A stretch of DNA of 64,000 bases. Source: Chrysomallon squamiferum. Lineage: Eukaryota; Animalia; Mollusca. Both the position numbers and the translations under genes were made by a program. This document shows positions 55,881 to 64,000 of the stretch, piece by piece; position 1 is the stretch's first letter; every line of letters begins with the position of its first letter. Where the stretch lies: NCBI GenBank assembly GCA_012295275.1, contig CM022665.1:20956001-21020000 (forward strand), in the 5' to 3' direction. The notes below the pieces were generated by a model. That model had not been told where the DNA came from. It saw nothing but the letters and a program-made list of their open reading frames with translations, and did not search any database.

Positions 55881-57773
55881 ATGATTCAGGTATAGTATGA
55901 TATAAATATAAGAAACACCTGCTGAATAGAAGTAAAATAAAATAAAATAAGATAAAAAAAAAAAAAAAAAAAAAAAAATTGAAATGAAATGAAATGAAAT
56001 AAAAAAAAATAAAAAAAAATAAAATAAAATAAAATAATAAAATTTTAAGTATGTTAATATACAATATTTGACAGCTATATGATAACATAACTATGAATAA
56101 ATAAAACAGTTTTGCATTAATAGGAGATCAAAAATATGTTTTTTGATCGTTGAAAGTGATATACTGGAATAATAACAGAACTGTGTAATGAATAATAACA
56201 GGAATTTTAAATCTAGTGAGCTGTAATGTGCATGAATAATACAACAACAAAACAACAACAAATAAACACTAAAAGTACACTAACAGTATTAGTAGTAATA
56301 GTAGCAGAGGTAGTAGCAGTAGTAGTAAATGCGTTAGTAATAATAACAACATAGTAATAATAATAATTAAAATGTAGTAGTAGTAGTAGACGTAGTAGTA
56401 ACAACAACAACGAAGACGACAACAACAACAACAACAATAATAATAATAAATAACTGTAGCAGTAATGGTGGTATAGTAGTACTAAAACAAGTAGGAGTAG
56501 TAATACAAAAGGTTTTCATAAAAATTAAAGGTAAATTTACAACTTTAAGCATTGAAACTTTAGTGTGAAAATAGAAACGAATGATTTTTTTGATTTTAGA
56601 ATATTTTAGAGAAGATTAGAAAAAAAATCAGTAAAAGGATAGCATTTCTTAAACATGTGATCATAGTGCGTATAAAATAAAATAATTGGACATTATTAGA
56701 TAATACTTTCAATAAAGTAAAATAAAACCAAATTATATATCGCAATAACTATAATCAAATTAATCAAAAATTATTTTTACGTATAACACTGACAATGATT
56801 TTGAGTAATATTTTTACCACCAAATTAAGATTTATTTTAAAAAAATCACCGTAGAAAGAGGGAACTTCTTAATTTTACACATATTATTCAGTTCTGTTTG
56901 TATTAAACAAGAATCAACAAAGTCTATCAAACAACAATGATTCTTATGTTCAAATCACCAGAAGAGAAACGAAATAGAAAACAAAAAACAATTTCCTCTA
57001 AAATAAACCTTTTTATTTGTAGTAAATTTAAGAAGCGATTGGGATAAAACAATTGAATCGTTGAGCGCTTCATTTCAGAAAGAATCAGTGTATTGTTTTG
57101 GCCGCCATTACGTGACGTCAGCAATTCTTCTTTCTCTTCTTCTCAGTTTACATAGACCCTTATTTCTCGGGAGGGAATTTTAGACTCGCCATAACGATTG
57201 TGTGTGTTTAAACGTTGTCGTCTTCGCCACTGGGTTATGTTGGGTGCCACTTAAAAAACTGGGATGTTCTCGTATTCCGCTGTTTACCGAACCAAGAAAG
57301 AAAAATACCTTTAGAATGACCTCTTACAAGGTGTTTGGCTATGAAACAGAGTTACCCGCCCTTGTCAGCTCTTCCTTTTTTGTAATACAAGTTACTATAT
57401 TAACACTGTTTAAAGTGTGTGGGGTTGGGGTTTTTTGCGTGTTTTGTTTGTTTGTTGTTGTTTGTTTTTTTATTATTATTATAATTGTTCTTGTTATTGT
57501 TGTTGTTGTTGTTACTGTTGTTGCTGCTGTTGTTGTTATTATCATCATTATCATCATTGTTATTATTTACCTCACATATTTCTATAATTAAATATTTAAA
57601 ATGCCCTTTTCTAAATCCAACGACAAAAACAGAACATAAATCACTGTGATCGCTATTTTTAAAGGGAGATTATTTCAATAGCCTGGGTAAATATAGTGTT
57701 TATCTATTTAAAAATTTAGTTTTTTGTTTTTTGTTGAAGATTTTTTAATAATAGATACTATTTGTTCTTCCAG

Positions 57774-57823
57774 GGCTCGACAGTTCTATCCAAGAGGCGG
57801 GAAAAGACCTCTACTGGTTTTAG
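57774..57823 (+). CDS. vg: vestigial-like, terminal coding exon 4 (GLDSSIQEAGKDLYWF*)
   Basis: TTCTTCCAG acceptor at 57773; the phase-1 join G|GG gives Gly. Ends in KDLYWF-TAG, the C-terminal motif I recognise from Vg-family proteins. Total CDS 78+265+429+50=822 nt, i.e. 273 aa plus stop. Confidence 0.9.
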
Positions 57824-58334
57824 AAGAGCTAAGAGAAACCTGTTCATTATGTGACTTGGGCTGCATGCCCGAAATCTCAAGTCCTCGGGTCATGTTTGTG
57901 CAGCTAAGCTGCAAGGGATTGCCAACAAGTTTCAATTAGTGTTTTCTCAGGAGTTATTCTCCCATATCCAAGATGGCCGCGATCGATCTGTCTGCTGGGA
58001 TTGTGTTGGTTCAGGGATTAGGCCGCTCAAGGCAGCAACTTGAGAAATGTGGAATCGTTCCTCACGGAACCCGCCTTGGAAAAGCAGCGAGATTTAGTCA
58101 GAAATCCTCGCCAAACACCACTGTTTCAGCAGACGAAACTTCGCCGCGTTGACGTATTTACGTCACGCGAGACGCAAGGATTGTTCCATTCCCGCCTTTT
58201 TTTTTTTTTTTTTTTTTTTTTATCTGAAAGGGAGATAATTCAAGGAAAAAGACGAGTCTGTGTATGTTGTGATAGAATAAAATGTTTCTTACGTTATTAA
58301 TAAATACGAGCATCTACAACCGAATTTTTCAGAG

Positions 58335-58700
58335 TTATTACTGGAATTATCGTTAAAGTGTTGATACTGAAATTGTCGTATCCAGTGTTAGAACTGAAAT
58401 TATCACACCGAATGACAATCGAGGATGAAAAGCTGGAATTATCATTACCAGTCAAATCAGAACTAAAATCTTCATTTTTTTTGTGTTGGTACTGAATAAT
58501 TGTACATTGCGTCAGAATTGAAATGATCATAACCTGTGTCAGAACTGAAATTATCATAAACAGTATCATTACTGAAATTGTCATAACCAATGCCAAAACT
58601 GAAATTATCATCAACTGTGCAAGTAGTGAAAATATTTTAAACAGTGGTCACATCTCCGATTTTATTAACATCAATGTCAGAACTGAAATTACCTTTATCA
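58335..58700. repeat. degenerate ~30-bp minisatellite (GTCAGAACTGAAATTATCAT...) in the putative 3' UTR
   Basis: The ACTGAAATT core recurs at ~30-bp spacing; it explains ORFs 58297..58614 and 58523..58723. Confidence 0.7.
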
Positions 58701-59487
58701 GTTTTATGGTAAAGTCGAAGTAAGAGATATGTGTTGCAGTCGTTATGACGTCACTATCATTGTGGCGTATTTTATTTTCAAGAAAATGACTTTATTGAAA
58801 AAATTAAATAAAGGTTCTCGGCATAAAATGTGGGATGCATCATCCTTTGTTGACGTATGCCGGTGTTAATGCATAATCGATTTGGCTGTAGTTCTGAATT
58901 AGTAATATATATATATATATTAAAGCTGCAGATTGTCATGCTGTATAGAAACACTGTTAAACGTAGATGGCTTAAACAAAATATTTTAAAACTGTAAGAC
59001 AATTTTAACTTGCTAATTTTCAGATCTTCGTCTGTTAAGAAAAGATGTAAGTGATAAGATAATCTTTCTAAAACTTCTTTCATATCATTTGATTTATTAC
59101 CAATGTTTGACACCTGAAAAATAAACTCACAATTTCATCGCAGTCTACGTCAGTCTGGTTATTCACGATTTGAATGTATTTTTTCCATATAACATTTCAA
59201 AAGGTCACTTACAATCTTTTCTTAATAAAGTCTCGAAAAGACAATTGTCAAAACATGTGGGAAAGATTTTTTATTTTATTGTATTTTTTGTTCTGTCATG
59301 CTAAAAACTAAATCCTAGTAATGTTTGTTTGTTACTATAATCTGAAAAACATAATGGCCATCTTATTCGTAAAATAATGTGTTTCATTTTTAAAAAGTAT
59401 ATTTATTTCATTCTTTTTAATTATCGTAATTTGGGGGATATTTCTGTTATTTTACGTGATAGAGTTATTAATCGTTTCTTTGGCATG

Positions 59488-59522
<35 letters not shown>

Positions 59523-59523
59523 G

Positions 59524-59576
<53 letters not shown>

Positions 59577-59755
59577 ATTCATTTTAGACGTTTTAATATA
59601 TCGGGTATACAGTGTGGTTCAGAAAACGCAAAAATCATGGCTCTTTCAAAAATAATAATTAAAAAAACCCTGTTAATTATAATTTTCTCCCTTTTTAGTT
59701 TCTGATCTATATACAAGATAATTAAACCGTCTGTGTTCATAAATTGTTATGGAAA

Positions 59756-59805
<50 letters not shown>

Positions 59806-59859
59806 GAATTTTTTATTCATTCTTTAACGTTACCATGTCATAGCTAGGAGAACAGAGAA

Positions 59860-60310
59860 ATATATCACTATCAGTCACTAATAGCTTCATCGTTTTCATT
59901 AATCGCATGTTATAATGCAGCCACTTATCACTAAACAAATGATATATTACTAATTATATGTTACTGTTCACAATTCACTAATCACCTATTACATGTCACT
60001 AATCACATGCTACTATTCACATGACACTAATCCTGTTACTCTTCACAAGTCGCTAATCAGCTATTATATATATCACTAATCATATGTTACTATTGATGTC
60101 TCTAACAATACCATTAATATTTCTCTAACAGTGTGTCACACGTCAGTAAGAGCATGTCACTATTCAGTCACTAATCATCTAGTAATAATGCGTCATTTTT
60201 CATGTCATCAACTGCATTTCTCTTACTGGGTTTCATAAATCATACCACTATTCACATACTAACCACACTAAGTTAATAGCATGTCACTATACGTGTCACT
60301 ATTCATCAAT
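59860..60310. repeat. degenerate ~28-bp minisatellite (TCACTAATCACATG.TACTATTCAC) in the putative 3' UTR
   Basis: Repeated TCACTAAT / ACTATTCA motifs. Confidence 0.6.
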
Positions 60311-60395
60311 CATTCAGGTAACTGATTAAACTATGCCAAATATAGCCTGTGATAAGTTTTATTTGTTACTGTACAGACTCGTGTTATATTTTGTA

Positions 60396-60401
60396 AATAA
60401 A
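60396..60401 (+). terminator. candidate polyadenylation signal
   Basis: AATAAA with upstream TGTA elements and a downstream GU/U-rich element. Confidence 0.45.
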
Positions 60402-63400
60402 ATCATGATGATGATGTTGGTAGTTTGTTTTGTTTTATTCTTACAAACTGTGTTGACTTCCACACATTCTTGGTTTTATAAACTCTGTTAGATTTCACAC
60501 TTTGTTGATCTCTTATTGAAAGGTAAACAGCTGGACGACTGAGAGGTCCTGGGATCGCTCCTCGTTAGAGCTATCTGTTTATGTATAGCACAGTATTCTC
60601 TCTAAATAACTTACATTAAAATTACAATGTAGAAAGCTCCTGTTAAAAACAACGTCATTTCAGATGGTAGGAATAAAAGAACAAATCTTACTGACACAGT
60701 AATGTATTTATCTCATTTTTCTGATTTTAATAATTAGATTTTTAAAAAGATTTCTTTCAAACACGGGACAAGAATTATTTTTAAACTGAAAAAAAATTAA
60801 CTGGGAAAAAAATTATATTTACCACTGATAAGTATGAAATTGCGGCCACAATATTGCTTCATTAGAAATTTATTGCATTATGAAATAGAGACTGTAATAT
60901 GCAAACCGGATATTCTAGCTATTACGCCTTTATTTGTCAACAGGAGCTAAGTATATTTGTGTGGCCGCAGATTCGTACTTATAAACGGTTAAGTGTAATT
61001 CACAAGAATAATAATCTCGTAATTTACGACAGCAGCAGTGCTGTATCGCGATCAACGAAGAAAGACATCGGGTATAAAACAAACACCATAAACGTCGTCG
61101 ATAATTAGATGGCAAATGAAAAGTAAACACTGGTGTCGCATTTTGTTACGCCTTACTTCGAACGAAAATTCCCGAGTAGCAGCCGCTCGCTGAATTACGT
61201 GATTGGACCATTTACGTCTGGCGAACGTACTCCGTGTGTGTTGATCCTAGCAGTGAAACGAGATCATTGCGAAATAATAGCTCCATTAAATCTGTTCTTC
61301 TTTACCTTCATCAGTTCACAGACACGGGAGGGAAAATCAGGGATATTAAATTTGTCTTTCTTTCCTAAAGGTTGAAGATCTAATCAGCATTGTAACAAGG
61401 ATACAGTTAGCTTGTTGCTGTTGTTATTATTTTTTTTTTTTTTTTTTTTTGAAAGAATGAATACCACCCATTAAGTGATTTGCTGTATAAAAAAGAAAAT
61501 AATTAGTTAGCTTTTAATGTCTCTCTCTCTCTCTCTCAGCAGCAGCATTAGCATTTATTTACTTCATTTTATTTTTTAATTAAAAAAAAATATATATATA
61601 ATAATAATGAAAAAACACACACACACACACATACACACAAAAACAACACTTCAAATAGTGCGCACACGTGGGTATGCGGAATTACTCCTGGAGTTAATTC
61701 GCAATCAAACAGAACTGATAAGAAAATGGTCGACCTTTTCTAGTCAGCTGTCGATCTGGGCGGGTTTTACTAGCGCGGATAATTAGAACTGGGGGTCAAA
61801 TCTGAACTTACACCGATCACTGATGGCAACAGGAGCTGCTTGTAGGCATAAAACAAGACATTTTACAAGGAAGTCGGCTCGTAAAACACCGGTACCTGTC
61901 AGAACGAGGTAATATAACGGATATGTCTACATCTATAGTTACGACCACGGATCTACAGACACACGAGAACTGAAATTACTCTGGCGCTAGTTCTATCGTA
62001 ATCTACGTTTTATAGCGTTTTTATTGAATGTTGTCGTTTATAAAGTGAAATGATAGTATCTCTATGTTATAAATAAACAAAACGGTAATTTTCAGATGTT
62101 TGGTAATTAACAATTTTATATAAACTTTTATTAAGTAGCTGTTGTCGCTGAACCAGCAGCAGTTGCAGTTGTGATAGTAGTAAGTTTTTGTTCTAGTTGA
62201 TGTAGTATTGGTAGTAGCAGTATTAGCTGCAGTAGTAGAAATTACAATAACAGTGGTAGTGGTAGTAATAATAACAGTAATAGTATATCTGTAATTGTGG
62301 TTCTGGCAATAGTAATAGTTGTAGTAGTAATTTAAATAGCGGTAATAGTTGTACTAATAATAGTAGCAATAGTAGTAGAAGAAGAAATAGTAGTAGTAAT
62401 GTTAGTATTATTAGAAATAGCTGCTATAATAGTACTAGTAGTATAGTAGCAATAGTTATGATAGTAATGGATGGTCGAAATAGTTGTAGTAGTAGTGGAA
62501 TAAGTAGCAGAAGTAGTGGTGGTAGTAGCATCAGTGTTTATTTAATAAAGAGGAAACACTAGTATATAACATTATACATATATATATATTTATATTTAAA
62601 CATCTGACTACAGTACTAATAAGCAGCTTCTGTATTTGTATTTACATGTAGATGGGTATGTCTTTCTCTACATTTATCTGTTTGTCTGTCTCAGTGTTTG
62701 AATCATAAGTATATATTATATGTGTGTGTATGTATATACGTATGTACGTACGTATACATATAAATATGTATGCATGCATGTTATCCTAATCTCTTCAGTT
62801 CAAGATGTAACAAACATTACAAACAGGTGGCCGTCGTAGTAGCCTTGGCCTCGATGTTGTAGTAAAAACGTTGTGGACGCTGTGTGTTTTGTCGCCACAC
62901 GAACAGTTTGTCCGATCAGCCTTTTCACTCACCTTCAACGTTTACCTTAGAGATCAAAGAGATCTGTGGCAAATCCGTCCCCAGCAGATCTGTCCTCAAT
63001 TGTTTGACTGCTAGATCCTTCATCCTCTACTGCAAATTTGCACGAGTCTCGCACTGTTTGCACGGGCTTTTTATCAGTGCGTTTCGATTGTGTTTGCGAA
63101 ATGTGCACAATACTGTATTCATCGAGTTAGCGAGAGTCAGTGGTTTCCACTGTTTGTTCCCATCGTCGTTCTCAAAAGTGGCGTTGTGCGGATGCGTTGT
63201 TAGCCGGTCTGTATAAACTGAAGTCTTTTTCTGGATTACAAAAGACAACATTCGCGAATACACAAGGAACAAAAATAAAGAACAAATCTGAAGTTTTGTT
63301 CGGCGGCCGTATCGACTTTTGGCGGGGAGTGGCGAGTATTGGCGGCGAGGCGGGGTACACTTAACTGTGGTGTGAGACCATTTCTTTTCGTGGCTGTCTG

Positions 63401-64000
63401 TAAACACTGGTTATCTGCTCTTAGTCCGCTTTGATTAACTTCAAAACAAAACGAAAATCAGGACTAAAAAAATAAAATAATATATATATAAATATATTAA
63501 AATTATATATATATATATTTAAATCTATTAAAATGTATATAATAATAACAACTTCATCACAACAACAACAATAATAATAATAATAAAATAACACAACCCC
63601 CAAAAATAAAATGTTAATGATAATTACAATGACAATAACATTAATGTATATGTTATCTTTCATCATTTTTCCTGTCTTCGTATATTTAAAATATCTACTT
63701 TTAATATCTAAACACCATTAATATTGAAATACTCTCAGGATTCATATTTAAACTCCTGATCAACTTTGAATGATATATAATGAAGACCAAATTCGTAAAA
63801 TATGAGGTACACTTTTTGTTGCTAATCATAGAATGGTTGCTACTGAAACCGTTCCCGGGCAACAGGCTTTGTGACGTCAGCGACAGTCTCTGGTTTTGAG
63901 TCGTAACACAATAATTATGACTGTGAGTATTCGTGTGTATGTCAAACAGTGACTATGTAGGTAAATGAAGAGCAGTTCAACAGTCAGAGTCAGGGAAGCG

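Larger units (their letters stand above)
57824..60420 (+). other. vg: probable vg 3' UTR (distal end approximate)
   Basis: Follows the stop codon. AATAAA at 60396-60401 is followed by a GT/T-rich stretch (TGATGATGTTGGTAGTTTGTTTTGTTTT). Earlier AATAAA hexamers near 58300 and 59224 are possible alternative ends. Confidence 0.5.

Overview
AT-rich, microsatellite-dense animal genomic DNA, probably from a protostome and possibly a mollusc (taxon is inference only). Almost every ORF in the supplied track is a translation of simple repeats. The one well-supported protein-coding gene is a + strand vestigial/VGLL (TONDU domain, TEAD/Scalloped cofactor) gene with four coding exons: 43449-43526, 43908-44172, 53436-53864 and 57774-57823. 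All introns are GT-AG with consistent phases. The 273-aa product runs from MSCVDVMY through VVDEHFSRAL and RNFPPSFW to KDLYWF, with a probable ~2.6 kb 3' UTR. A 28-nt candidate alternative coding exon (MSKISIFP, 41140-41167) splices in frame to exon 2. The ~43 kb upstream gene desert holds two U4 snRNA-like copies 20,201 bp apart, which share a gapless ~217-bp block from about -60 to just past the 3' end and share non-canonical features. It also holds a 233-bp hAT-like MITE, several minisatellites, decayed tRNA-SINE-like heads, and many CpG-rich unique islands with abundant TGACGTCA and related motifs. No prokaryotic-type system such as CRISPR is present. I cannot confirm any previously undescribed system. 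The best leads are the variant U4 unit, the alternative 5' architecture of vg, and the excess of CRE motifs.
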